Positions 7,672-17,544 are shown, numbered from the stretch's first letter. The stretch: DNA of 56,784 nt from an uncultured Candidatus Saccharibacteria bacterium (GCA_964358425.1 CAYHON010000002.1:9350-66133); one strand, 5' to 3'. The notes: a model not told the origin generated them from the sequence alone. Program-made: numbers and translations.

Positions 7672-8127
7672 TTATAATTTTTCTATTTTACGCAAAGCCA
7701 GCAATTTGTCGTAGAAATCATCCGTGAGGTGGTCGTGCAGCTCGTCCAGCAGATAGGGGCTAAACTCGCTGGCCGTCTTGACGGCGTCGCGGATGCTTTT
7801 AGTGAGAGCTATCTCCACCAGCTCCTTTACTTGTTCTCCCCGGATATCCTTTCTTTTGGCTTCGTCGGCCTGGACTTTGGTGTCGTCGGACAATACATGT
7901 GTTACGGCCGGAGCAGTACCTGTAGCCGGACTTTCAGTCGGTGGTAAAGCCGCCCTCTCTTCTTCAATATGTTTTTGCAGGACTTCCTTAAAAACCTCCT
8001 TTTCGGGGGGCAGGACTTCAGATTGCGAGCCTGCGGAAAGCTGCTGTTTCTTTTCTTGCAGTTTTCGCTCCAGCTCTTTTATTTCGTCCTCGGGGGAAAT
8101 GTTTAATCCTGTTGGCTTATCGGGCAT
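7672..8127 (-). CDS. Hypothetical protein (charged, coiled-coil-like), tightly coupled to the downstream ATPase
   Basis: 151-aa ORF. Its stop is 2 nt from the start of 5213..7669. I recognise no motif. Confidence 0.45.
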   Translation of the reverse strand: MPDKPTGLNISPEDEIKELERKLQEKKQQLSAGSQSEVLPPEKEVFKEVLQKHIEEERAALPPTESPATGTAPAVTHVLSDDTKVQADEAKRKDIRGEQVKELVEIALTKSIRDAVKTASEFSPYLLDELHDHLTDDFYDKLLALRKIEKL

Positions 8128-8147
8128 ATTTTTATTATAATATAAAT

Positions 8148-9770
8148 ATGAAAAGAAAAGAATATCTACTGCTCTTGCTGGTTATCGTCATAGGGGTCTT
8201 TTTCAGATTTAATCTTATAAAAGAAGTTCCTCTAGGGCTCTATCCGGACGAGGCGATGAACGGCAACAACGCGCTGGAAGCTTTGTCCACGGGTCCGCTG
8301 GCTGGCGGATTTAAGATGTTTTATCCGGAAAATAACGGACGGGAGGGTTTGTTTATAAATATCCAGGCGATTTCGGTGCGCATCTTCGGCAACCAGCCGT
8401 GGGCTTTGCGCGGAGTCAGCGCTTTGTTTGGCGTGCTTACTATCTGGGGATTATATCTTGTTACCCGGGAGCTTTTAAATAAATTTGGGAAGAAAGGCCA
8501 CTGGATTGCTTTACTTTCGTCCTTCTTTTTGGCAACTTCGTACTGGCATATCAACTTCTCCCGCATAGGTTTCAGGGCGATTATGGTTCCTTTTGCCGCT
8601 GTGTTTGCTTTGTATTTTTTGCTGGAGGGTTTCCGGACCGGCCGAACTTTAAGCCTAATTTTGGCAGGAGTTTTTATGGGAGTTGGGTTAAATACTTATA
8701 TCGCCTTTCGTTTTGTACCTTTTGTGATGGCAGTGCCGATTTTGTTTTATTTTCTGCCTCGCTGGAAAGAACATCAGACAAGAAAAGCGGTGATTATATT
8801 TTTGCTGGCTACGTTTATTGTGTCCTTGCCGATAGGGCTTTATTTTTTGAAAAATCCGGCTGATTTCTTGGGGCGCGGAGGACAGGTTTCGGTATTTGCG
8901 GCCTCTAGCCCCGCGCTTGAATTTGTCAAAACCAATGTTGTAACCCTTGGTATGTTTTTTGTGTATGGCGACTGCAACTGGCGCCACAACTACAACTGCC
9001 AGCCGGAGCTGAATCCCCTGGTTACTGTATTTTTTGCCATTGGGCTGTGGCTCGCCCTAAAAAATATTTTTAAGCCCAAATTGCTGGAAAGGCAGACGAG
9101 CGCGCTGCTGCTAGCCTGGATGTTTTTTATGTCTTTGCCGGCTACTCTCACCCGCGAAGGCCTGCCCCACGCTTTGCGTTCCATCGGCATGATACCCCCG
9201 ACAATGATTTTAGCGGGACTTGGCGCTTGGTATATTTTAAATATGGTTTTTCGGAGGCTTGAATGGAGCAAAGATAAATATGAAAATTACGGCAGGCAGA
9301 TTGAGAGGATAAAAAAGGAAGTTATGGTTTTGTTCTGTCTGGTGCTTTTGGCAATTCCGGTAATGACTTACCGAGATTATTTCCGCCGCTGGGCCTACAA
9401 CCCCGCGACATATTATGAATTCAACACCGATCTCCTGCATATCGGCCAGTATCTAAATAATTTGTCTCCGGACACTAAAAAATATGTAGTGGTCAACCGC
9501 GACTCGGGCGTAAAAGTATATGGCCTGCCCATGCCCGCGCAGACGGTGATGTATGCCACCAATACTTTCGTGGATGCGGAAAGAGAAAAGAAAAATTATG
9601 TCTATTTACTGCCGGATCAAATTGACCGGATTTCTATAGAGCCGGGCCGAAGAACGGTAGTATCTTTTTTGAAGGTAGAAGATTTAGAGTTCATAAAATC
9701 CGTGCAAAAAAAATACCCGGAGTTGCGCGTGAGCGTTCCGAGCGATTTTGTGGTTTTACAAGATTTTTAA
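8148..9770 (+). CDS. Glycosyltransferase family 39 / ArnT-like membrane glycosyltransferase
   Basis: Multi-TM protein with the N-terminal loop LYPDEAMNGNNA (the DE motif of GT-C enzymes). The start is set at the ATG MKRKEYLLL; the tracked ORF begins at TTG 8112. Confidence 0.75.
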   Translation: MKRKEYLLLLLVIVIGVFFRFNLIKEVPLGLYPDEAMNGNNALEALSTGPLAGGFKMFYPENNGREGLFINIQAISVRIFGNQPWALRGVSALFGVLTIWGLYLVTRELLNKFGKKGHWIALLSSFFLATSYWHINFSRIGFRAIMVPFAAVFALYFLLEGFRTGRTLSLILAGVFMGVGLNTYIAFRFVPFVMAVPILFYFLPRWKEHQTRKAVIIFLLATFIVSLPIGLYFLKNPADFLGRGGQVSVFAASSPALEFVKTNVVTLGMFFVYGDCNWRHNYNCQPELNPLVTVFFAIGLWLALKNIFKPKLLERQTSALLLAWMFFMSLPATLTREGLPHALRSIGMIPPTMILAGLGAWYILNMVFRRLEWSKDKYENYGRQIERIKKEVMVLFCLVLLAIPVMTYRDYFRRWAYNPATYYEFNTDLLHIGQYLNNLSPDTKKYVVVNRDSGVKVYGLPMPAQTVMYATNTFVDAEREKKNYVYLLPDQIDRISIEPGRRTVVSFLKVEDLEFIKSVQKKYPELRVSVPSDFVVLQDF

Positions 9771-9958
9771 CCTTTTGGTAAAAAAGGCCACGCAACCATG
9801 TATCCCAGTATATATAGAAAACATATTATCATGCACGCTACAATGTAGTTAAAGAAAATCTTGTTAATGTCCCAAGAAACAAATGAGAATAAGAATAGTA
9901 GGACAAATAACAATATAAATAAAACAACAGCACATATTTTGCAGATTTTTTCAAACAT
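9767..9958 (-). CDS. Possible small two-TM membrane protein
   Basis: 63-aa very hydrophobic ORF in an AT-rich spacer between the two GT genes. There is no homology evidence. Confidence 0.25.
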   Translation of the reverse strand: MFEKICKICAVVLFILLFVLLFLFSFVSWDINKIFFNYIVACMIICFLYILGYMVAWPFLPKG

Positions 9959-10030
9959 TTTATAGCGGCTCCTTTTTCGGGGGATATTTCAAACAACTCC
10001 CAATTTCTAACAAATTATTTATACAACCAT

Positions 10031-11920
10031 ATGCAAAATAAGTCAACACCACCACATAACAAGTTATGTGTGGGGTCAATGGTTCGACAAGCTCACCATA
10101 AAATAGCTCTATTTGTGGGTTTTGTGCTCGCGTTGATGCTCTCTCTGATGATAAATTCGGCCAAGCAGGATTCGGCGACGATGGACGAGCTGGCGCATAT
10201 CCCTTCCGGATATAGCTATGTCACCCAGCATGACTACCGCCTCAATCCCGAGCACCCTCCTCTGCTAAAGGCTTTGGCCGGACTCTCGGCGAGGATTTTT
10301 GTAAATCCCCTATTTCCTACGGACACCGCTTCCTGGCAGACCGACGTAAACGGCCAATGGACCGAAGGAGATACTTTTCTTTACCATTCCGGCAACGATG
10401 CGGATGAAATAATTTTCTGGTCGCGCCTGCCCCTGATACTGCTTACTGTCTTTTTTGCCGCGCTGATTTTCTGGTGGACCCGCCGGAAATTCGGCACGGG
10501 CACGGCCTTTCTTACCCTTTTATTTTTTGCCTTCTCCCCGACCGTTTTGACGCACGGGCGTCTCGTGACGACGGACGTAGGAGCAGCTTTCGGTTTTTTT
10601 CTCGGGATTATCGCCTTCATAAGGATGCTGGAAAAACCGACTTGGAAAAACGTTGTTTGGTCGGGTCTCGCTACGGGACTGGCCATGCTTTTAAAGTTCT
10701 CGCTGGTTTTAATCGTGCCGATTTTTGGCCTGATTTTGGCCGGCTGGGTATGGTCCATGCCCCGACAGGACGCGGGCGCGCGCTGGAAACATTTTTTTAG
10801 CCTGATTTGGAAAACTGTGGTCAGCGGACTGGTCGGCATAATTTTAATCTGGGCGGTGTACGCCTATTTTATTTATAACGAACCCCAGGCTAAACAACTA
10901 GCCGATGCGAATTTCATTATTGGCTCTTACCCCTCTAAAACCCTAGCCAATCTCGATCTGGCGCTTATAAAAAATGATTTTACGCGGCCACTGGGCCAAT
11001 ACGTTTTGGGGGTGCTGATGGTAAGCCAGCGCGCCGGCGGGGGCAATACGGCTTTTTTCCGGGGAGAAGTTTCCAATATGGGCTGGCGGTCTTATTTCCC
11101 GCTTTTATATCTGTATAAGGAGCCGCTTGCTCTGCATTTACTGACCTTGCTTGCCTTATGGCTGGGTTTAAATAAAATTTTTACTCGTACCAAGCTAAGC
11201 TTTGAAGAGAAAAAGCTTAGCTTGGTACGTTCTTGGATTTTCCGGCATTTGCCGGAGTTTTCTGGTATGGTAATGATAGTTGTTTATTGGGCATCATCCG
11301 TGACCTCTCCATTAAATTTGGGCATCCGCCACGTCTTGCCGACTTTCCCATTTATCTATCTGCTGGTATCCAGGCAAATCACCGATTGGCTGAAAATAAA
11401 ATTTTCGGGCCCGGCCGGATTTTTGGCAAACTTAAAAAATCTATTCAAAATTTATTTCGGCACCGGCCTTAAATATTTATTTGTAGCAGTACTTATGATC
11501 TGGCTGGTCGTCGGGACATGGTCTGCTTTTCCCCATTTTCTTTCTTATTACAACGCGCTGGCCGGCGGGACGGCCGACGGCTATAAAATCGCGGTGGATT
11601 CCAACTACGACTGGGGGCAGGATTTGCTCCGCTTAAAAAAATTCGTGGAGGATAACGACATAAACGAAATACACCTGGATTATTTTGGCGGCGGAAGCCC
11701 CGGTTATTACTTGGGAGAAAAATTTATGCCGTGGCGCTCCAGCAAGGGATATGTCTCTGGCTGGTATGCGGTATCTTCCGGTTTTCGCGAGCAGGCCTTT
11801 GGCCGACCAGTACCCGGCTTTAACCGCGGAGAGGACGAGACTTACAGCTGGCTCAAGCCGTACGAGCCGGTAGCGCGCGCCGGATATACCATCTGGATTT
11901 ATAGACTCCCTCAGTTGTGA
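10031..11920 (+). CDS. GT-C fold (GT39/PMT_2-like) membrane glycosyltransferase
   Basis: 629 aa, multi-TM, with the motif MDELAHIPSGYSY early in the first loop. The true start may be an internal Met (MVRQAHHK at 10079). Confidence 0.7.
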   Translation: MQNKSTPPHNKLCVGSMVRQAHHKIALFVGFVLALMLSLMINSAKQDSATMDELAHIPSGYSYVTQHDYRLNPEHPPLLKALAGLSARIFVNPLFPTDTASWQTDVNGQWTEGDTFLYHSGNDADEIIFWSRLPLILLTVFFAALIFWWTRRKFGTGTAFLTLLFFAFSPTVLTHGRLVTTDVGAAFGFFLGIIAFIRMLEKPTWKNVVWSGLATGLAMLLKFSLVLIVPIFGLILAGWVWSMPRQDAGARWKHFFSLIWKTVVSGLVGIILIWAVYAYFIYNEPQAKQLADANFIIGSYPSKTLANLDLALIKNDFTRPLGQYVLGVLMVSQRAGGGNTAFFRGEVSNMGWRSYFPLLYLYKEPLALHLLTLLALWLGLNKIFTRTKLSFEEKKLSLVRSWIFRHLPEFSGMVMIVVYWASSVTSPLNLGIRHVLPTFPFIYLLVSRQITDWLKIKFSGPAGFLANLKNLFKIYFGTGLKYLFVAVLMIWLVVGTWSAFPHFLSYYNALAGGTADGYKIAVDSNYDWGQDLLRLKKFVEDNDINEIHLDYFGGGSPGYYLGEKFMPWRSSKGYVSGWYAVSSGFREQAFGRPVPGFNRGEDETYSWLKPYEPVARAGYTIWIYRLPQL

Positions 11921-11959
11921 CACGAGGTTGACATACCAAGGATGGGTATGATACATATG

Positions 11960-12400
11960 TATATAGCGTCAAACTGGTCCGGCAAACCTGCGGGCAGAGT
12001 AAGCTCACCGACGACAGATACGGCTTACCGCGCAGTACCAGTTTGAGGGTGTGGGTCAGTCGGGGAAAACGGGACAGCGCCAAGATGGCGGCTTGCGTCA
12101 GAATAATTGGCGGAGCTAGGATGCCACCCCCGGCGAGGATCTCCGACCAGGAGAAGAGACTGACCCACTTTTTAAGCTCATTGAAATTGCCTCTTGTGTG
12201 TGGTCTGTAGACCAGTCACGGAGGCGGTAACCGAGGCACAGAACACCGGCCTCATAAGCCTGGACAACCCACCCTCGGTAGCGTGCTTAGCACGGGAACC
12301 AGAGGCAGAGCACGCTGCCGAGGCTATAATTCCTACTCCGACAGGTAAAACGAGCCCTTCTCCACGAGAAGGGCTCGCAATTTTTATAAAGATGTTTTGG
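11960..12400. ncRNA. Large GC-rich structured non-coding RNA candidate (class unknown)
   Basis: A roughly 530-nt gap between convergent genes has no credible ORF. Perfect long-range helices are TCAAACTGGT (11969-78)/ACCAGTTTGA (12037-46), with nested CTGCG/CGCAG and GTAAGC/GCTTAC. Further helices are GTGGGTCAGTC (12051-61)/GACTGACCCAC (12158-68), GGTC-tgta-GACC (12202-13) and CGGAG (12219)/CTCCG (12345). The region ends in a terminator hairpin. Confidence 0.5.
12352..12385. terminator. 11-bp terminator-like hairpin
   Basis: GAGCCCTTCTC-cac-GAGAAGGGCTC. It is followed by GCAATTTTTAT on the + strand and by GTTTTACC on the - strand. Confidence 0.6.
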
Positions 12401-12451
12401 CAGGGATGCAGGAACCTTTGATGGAAGCGGTTTTTTTATTTCTATTTTTGA

Positions 12452-13381
12452 TTAAAATTCGGAAGGGGTTGAACTGGCGGCTGTGGCGGATACCGGGTCG
12501 GAGGCGGCTGGCGTGGAGACTGCGGCTGTTTTTTTAAATTTATAAAAAACTTTGTTGCCGAAGCGCAAGTCTATATATTCCAGTTGAGGTTGCTTATCCC
12601 CTATTTCCTTATCCAGGACCACCTTCAATACCTTAAAAACTTTAGAGAAATCATCATTTTTGTTTAAATACAACTTATAGCCTCCGGCACTTACAGCTCT
12701 AAACTCTTCGGGCAGTTTCGAAAAAATTTCATAGCCAATCACAGCCGAACCAACTAAAGAGAGAGACTCTCGGGAGACGGATTCAAATTTTTCCACCAGA
12801 CCACGGTCTATTATCTGGACCCCTATATCCTGCAAGAGGGCATCGGTGTTTATCGTCAGTAATAAAGAACCCTTGGAACTGGGAGATTCTTCATATGCAA
12901 ATCCGGTTTTATCCAGGAAAAAACATTTTTGTCTTTCTGTATCCGAAGAATCTGGTAAACCGCACAAAATACCAAAAAGCTCTCTTTCCTTAATTTTAAA
13001 ACTAAGGGAGTCGGGCAGATGCCGCGAGATCTCTATATTTTCAATACGGGGATATTCTTTTTTAAGCTCGCGGGCCAGTTTGTCCGTACTTACCAAAAAA
13101 TAAAAATCTTTTGGAAGCAGTTTTAAGTATTTTCCTTCCAGGAGGCTTAGGGTTTTTTGCTCCAATTCTTGCCGGTCCAAGGCCACGAGTCCCGAAAACT
13201 CTGTCCTTTTTATTTTAAAATAAGGCAGGCGGGACATATAAATCAGCCCACCGGCCAGAATTAATACAATCAGTACGACTAAGGCTGTTTTCCAGAAATA
13301 TTTACCGCCGTATTTAATCTTGGAAATTCTAAAGCGCGGAGTCGGCGGGTTTAAGGGGGAATAGACAACTCGGCTGGCCAT
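12452..13381 (-). CDS. ftsQ: FtsQ/DivIB-like cell division protein (POTRA domain)
   Basis: N-terminal TM anchor followed by a POTRA-like segment FKIKRTEFSGLVALDRQELEQK. The tail is Ser/Thr/Ala/Pro-rich. Confidence 0.6.
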   Translation of the reverse strand: MASRVVYSPLNPPTPRFRISKIKYGGKYFWKTALVVLIVLILAGGLIYMSRLPYFKIKRTEFSGLVALDRQELEQKTLSLLEGKYLKLLPKDFYFLVSTDKLARELKKEYPRIENIEISRHLPDSLSFKIKERELFGILCGLPDSSDTERQKCFFLDKTGFAYEESPSSKGSLLLTINTDALLQDIGVQIIDRGLVEKFESVSRESLSLVGSAVIGYEIFSKLPEEFRAVSAGGYKLYLNKNDDFSKVFKVLKVVLDKEIGDKQPQLEYIDLRFGNKVFYKFKKTAAVSTPAASDPVSATAASSTPSEF

Positions 13382-13387
13382 GATAAT

Positions 13388-14503
13388 TTAGACTAAAAAT
13401 CTTTTAATAAGCGGATTAAGCCGTGTTAAAAATTCATAGTGGTATCCGGTTTGCATTTGACGGGCAATATCATCGGCCCAGATTTCTTCCTGCCCCTGCC
13501 GGCCCAAAAGAACCGCCTCATCCCCTTCTTTTATTTTAGCAATTTCTGTAACATCCGCCACAATCATATCCATAGAAACCCGGCCTATTATTTTGGCGCG
13601 CTTGCCTCCCGCTAATATCTCGCCGCAGTCGGACAGACGGCGGTCATAACCGTGCCAGTAGCCGACCGGCAAGACAGCTATGCGGGTTGGTCTTTGGGTT
13701 TTAGCCGTGAGACCGTAGCCTACAAATTCGCTCGCCGGCACTTCCTTGAGCTCGCTTATCCGGGTCTTCCAGGATAATACCGGACGAAGGCTTATTTTAG
13801 ATTTTAACTCCAACGAGGGCGGATAGCCATAAAGACCGATGCCCACCCGCACCATATCCAGGGCGGTTTCGGGATGGCCTAAGACTCCTCCGCTAGAGGA
13901 GGCGCTTTTGATAAGATTTTTAAATCCGTTTTCTTGCAGTATTTTTACGGCTGATAAAAATTTTTTAAACTGACTTTCAGTAAATTTTTTATGTCTTGGG
14001 TCGGTGGGTGACGCGAGGTGGGTGTATATACCTAGAGGTGCAAGTCTCGATATTTTTAAATTAGCCAGGAGGCGGAACAGGTCGTCTTCCATAAAACCCT
14101 GCCGATGCATACCCGAATCTATCTTTAAAAAAAATCGGGGACACACGGCGGTTTTGCCGATTTCGGCCAAAAGAGAAAAATTGGATACGGTTACGGTGAT
14201 TTTGTTTTTATGCGCTTCCGAAAGACGGGAGGGTAAGGTCTGCCCCAGCACCAAAAGTTTATTTTTAATGCCTTTTTTTCTTAGGGCCAAGGCTTCTGTA
14301 ATGGAATCAAGACCAAACCAGATTTCCCTGTCTTTTACGGAAGAAAGGACTTGGGCGGTTTCCACCAGGCCATGGCCGTAGGCGTTGGACTTGATTACAG
14401 CCATAAAAATGGTACTCTCAGGAATCAATTGCAAAAAGCTCCTCGTGTTTCCGAGGAGGGCTTTTTGATCTATTTCTATCCAGGTGCGGAGTTTCTCAAT
14501 CAC
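13388..14503 (-). CDS. alr: Alanine racemase
   Basis: PLP-lysine motif AVIKSNAYGHG. The C-terminal beta domain carries VGYG...SMDM. Confidence 0.9.
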   Translation of the reverse strand: MIEKLRTWIEIDQKALLGNTRSFLQLIPESTIFMAVIKSNAYGHGLVETAQVLSSVKDREIWFGLDSITEALALRKKGIKNKLLVLGQTLPSRLSEAHKNKITVTVSNFSLLAEIGKTAVCPRFFLKIDSGMHRQGFMEDDLFRLLANLKISRLAPLGIYTHLASPTDPRHKKFTESQFKKFLSAVKILQENGFKNLIKSASSSGGVLGHPETALDMVRVGIGLYGYPPSLELKSKISLRPVLSWKTRISELKEVPASEFVGYGLTAKTQRPTRIAVLPVGYWHGYDRRLSDCGEILAGGKRAKIIGRVSMDMIVADVTEIAKIKEGDEAVLLGRQGQEEIWADDIARQMQTGYHYEFLTRLNPLIKRFLV

Positions 14504-14506
14504 ACT

Positions 14507-15802
14507 TTATTTTTTCTTGATAATTTTTTGTCCGCTCATATATGGCTGCAAAACCTTGGGTATTTTTATGGAGCCGTCTTTTTGCTGGTAGTTTTCCATA
14601 ATGGCAATCAGGGTGCGGCCTATGGCAAAAGCGGTAGCGTCATTCATATGGGCGAAAACTGTCTTGCCGTCGGCCAGGCGGACTTTGGTATTCAGGCGGC
14701 GCGATTGGTAGTCGGTCATATAGTCGGAAGTATTGGTTTCGCGGTAGCGGTCTTGGCCCGGCAGCCATGTTTCAATGTCTATCTGGCGATAGTCGGGTCC
14801 GCCCATATCTCCGCTGCAGATAGCCACTACCTGGTAAGGAAGTTTGAGGCCCTGAAGCAGGTATTCCTGCACGGCCACGATAAAATCTTGCTCGGCCATA
14901 GATTCCGCGGGAGCGGCGAATGTTTCTATTTCCAGTTTATCGAACTGGTGCACCCGCAGTATGCCCTTGGTGTCCTTGCCGTACGATCCCGCTTCGCGCC
15001 GAAAAGCGGTGGAATACCCAATATAGCGGATAGGCAGATCGGATTGGTTTATCGCCTCATCCATATGCAGGGGTCCTAAAGTATGCTCCGCGCTTCCCAC
15101 TAAATATTGGTCGTCGGAGGCGATATAATATCTTTCCTCGCGGGGTTCCAGGCGGGCCATCCTCTGCATAACTTCCGGCTTGATAAAAATCGGCGGGACT
15201 ACCGGCGTAAATGGTTTGGAGCTAATCTTTAGTTTTGTTTTTTTGATTATTTCCTTAATTACTTTTTCATCGGTTATCCTGTCCAAAGTATATTGGATAA
15301 TAGCAAATTGCATCCTGGCCAGGTCTCCTTTCAGGTAAGCAAAACGGGAACCGGATATTTCACCCGCCCGCTTGGTGTCTATCACTCCCAGCTCCTCTCC
15401 CAATTCCCAATGTTCTCTGGGTTTGAAATCAAAAGTTGTCGTCTCTCCCCATTTTCGGATGACTTTGTTTCCGGACTCATCGTCTCCGACGGGCACGCTC
15501 TCATGGGTAAGATTGGGCAGAGTATTTAATAATTTTTTGAGTTGCTCTTCTTTTTCCTGAAGCTGTTGCTCTTCTTTTTTTATATCTTCCCCTAGTTTTT
15601 TCAGCTTCTTTATCTCTTCCGGACTCGGTCTGCTTTTGCTTTGTTTGTTTAATTCGGCCCGCTTTTTATCTATTTCGGTTATTAATTTTCTTTTCTCCTC
15701 GTCCAATTTCAAAATCTCCCGCACATCTATTTTGCATTTGCGGATTTTATTATTTTTTTCGATTATATCAGGATTTTGTCTGATAAAATTTATATCAAGC
15801 AT
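14507..15802 (-). CDS. serS: Seryl-tRNA synthetase
   Basis: Starts MLDINFIRQNPD with a coiled-coil arm. Class II motifs are FRREAGS...GILRVHQF and TLIAIMENYQ. The tracked ORF is extended upstream to 15874. Confidence 0.9.
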   Translation of the reverse strand: MLDINFIRQNPDIIEKNNKIRKCKIDVREILKLDEEKRKLITEIDKKRAELNKQSKSRPSPEEIKKLKKLGEDIKKEEQQLQEKEEQLKKLLNTLPNLTHESVPVGDDESGNKVIRKWGETTTFDFKPREHWELGEELGVIDTKRAGEISGSRFAYLKGDLARMQFAIIQYTLDRITDEKVIKEIIKKTKLKISSKPFTPVVPPIFIKPEVMQRMARLEPREERYYIASDDQYLVGSAEHTLGPLHMDEAINQSDLPIRYIGYSTAFRREAGSYGKDTKGILRVHQFDKLEIETFAAPAESMAEQDFIVAVQEYLLQGLKLPYQVVAICSGDMGGPDYRQIDIETWLPGQDRYRETNTSDYMTDYQSRRLNTKVRLADGKTVFAHMNDATAFAIGRTLIAIMENYQQKDGSIKIPKVLQPYMSGQKIIKKK

Positions 15803-16049
15803 AATTGTGCGGAAGTTTATTTTCCAAAAATTCGTTGTCCTCCTCCCAAAGGAGGGTGTCCTCTTTTGGACCATTCGTCTTCTCGTTTCATTTTTTCTAA
15901 TTCTTCTTCATCTTCCCAGGCAGAGTCTTGGAGAGGTGGGGAAGATTTTTTATCTTCGGCTTCTTCCGGGGACAATACCGCCTCCGGCGGCAAATTTTCT
16001 TTTATCATATTTTTATTTTTGCGCGGGCCGAGGGGATCGCGCGCACCTA

Positions 16050-17501
16050 TTATTTTGGTTTTAAGGTTGGGAATAGCAAAACCTCACGGATATTTTTTGT
16101 ATCCGTAAGAAACATGACCAGCCGGTCTATGCCGATGCCGAGCCCGGCGGCCGGCGGCAGGCCGTATTCCAGCGCCTCTATGAAATCTCGGTCTACGGGG
16201 TGCGTCTCCTCGTCTCCTCCCGCTTTTTCTTTTTCCTGCTCCTCAAAACGTATATACTGCTCACGCGGATCGTTGAGCTCGGCAAAGGCGTTGGTAAGTT
16301 CCAGGCCGTTTATTATGAGCTGGAAACGCCGCACTTCTCCTTTTTCCTCCGATAGGGTTTTGGCCAAGGGAGATATTTCCTTGGGATGGTTGGTTATAAA
16401 AGTCGGCTGGATAAGATGGGGCCGGCATATTTTTTTATAGATTTCATCCGCTATTTTGCCTTTGGACTCGTGCGCGCTTATATCAATACCGAGTTGTCTG
16501 GCGCGGGTGGCCAGGGCGTCGCGGGTCTCGCGGTCGTAATCCATTATTTGGGCGTAGCGTTTTAAAGCGTCTTTAAAAGGAATCCTGGCAAAAGGTTTTT
16601 TAAAAGATATTTTTTTACTCTCCTCGTTATTTTTATCCAGCAATTTAGCCAAAGCCAAAAATAAATCTTCCACCATATCCATCATATGCTCCTCATCCCA
16701 GTAAGCGGCATAGCACTCCAGCATGGTGAATTCGGGGTTGTGGGTGGCGTCTATGCCTTCGTTACGAAAGTTGCGGCCAATTTCGTACACCCGGTCAAAA
16801 CCTCCCACCAGCAGGCGTTTGAGATATAATTCGGGCGCGATGCGAAGATAAAAATCGGTATCCAGGGCGTTGTGGTGGGTCATAAACGGCTTAGCCAAGG
16901 CTCCTCCGGGAAGCGGATGCAGGAGCGGAGTCTCTACCTCCAGAAAATCTTTTTTATCCAAAAACTCGCGGATGGTTTTTATGATTTTGGTGCGAAGTTC
17001 AAACCTTTCTCTTACCCCTTCATTCATCAGCAGATCCAAATATCTCTTGCGGAATCTTTCTTCCACATCCTGCAGACCGTGCCATTTTTCGGGCAGGGGC
17101 AGGAGCGACTTGGAAAGCATTTTCCACGAGCTTGCCTGCAAAGTTTTTTCTTCTTTTTTGGTTTTAAAAAGGGTGCCCGCTGTCTCTATAAAATCTCCGA
17201 TATCCGCGGTCTCCAAAAATAAATCATAAGATTCCTGCAGGACATCTTTTTTGAAAAAAACCTGTATCTGTCCGCTGCCGTCGCGCAGGTCGACAAAAGT
17301 AGATCCGCCGTGCTCGCGTCTGGCCATTATCCTTCCCGCCAGCACCAGACTTTTTGGTATTTTGGCAAACGCCGCGAATTTTTTTATCGCCTCAATAATC
17401 AAAACACCCCGGCCAGACTTGGCCGGATAGGGATCTATATTTTTACTCTTTAGAGTATCTGCTTTGTTTACTCTTTCCTGTCTTATATCCTCGAGAGCCA
17501 T
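16050..17501 (-). CDS. lysS: Lysyl-tRNA synthetase, class II
   Basis: OB-fold N-terminus plus class II motifs FLEVETPLLH, YEIGRNFRNEG and GLGIGIDRLVM. Confidence 0.9.
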   Translation of the reverse strand: MALEDIRQERVNKADTLKSKNIDPYPAKSGRGVLIIEAIKKFAAFAKIPKSLVLAGRIMARREHGGSTFVDLRDGSGQIQVFFKKDVLQESYDLFLETADIGDFIETAGTLFKTKKEEKTLQASSWKMLSKSLLPLPEKWHGLQDVEERFRKRYLDLLMNEGVRERFELRTKIIKTIREFLDKKDFLEVETPLLHPLPGGALAKPFMTHHNALDTDFYLRIAPELYLKRLLVGGFDRVYEIGRNFRNEGIDATHNPEFTMLECYAAYWDEEHMMDMVEDLFLALAKLLDKNNEESKKISFKKPFARIPFKDALKRYAQIMDYDRETRDALATRARQLGIDISAHESKGKIADEIYKKICRPHLIQPTFITNHPKEISPLAKTLSEEKGEVRRFQLIINGLELTNAFAELNDPREQYIRFEEQEKEKAGGDEETHPVDRDFIEALEYGLPPAAGLGIGIDRLVMFLTDTKNIREVLLFPTLKPK

Positions 17502-17544
17502 ACAATAATGATAAACAGGAAAAGGTTGATTGTAAACCCCGAGG

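Noticed and set aside
11960-12400. tmRNA or RNase P RNA identity for the large structured region.
   Set aside because: There is no GGUUCGAnUCC T-arm, no acceptor-like terminal pairing and no tag ORF for tmRNA. There is no GGAAAGUCC for RNase P. The ACAGAAC string sits about 130 nt from the 3' end instead of next to a closing P1. The class is left unassigned rather than forced.
15817-16008. 63-aa acidic ORF between lysS and serS.
   Set aside because: It is in frame with nothing conserved, has no SD, and overlaps the spurious upstream extension of serS. It may be real, but the sequence alone gives no supporting evidence.
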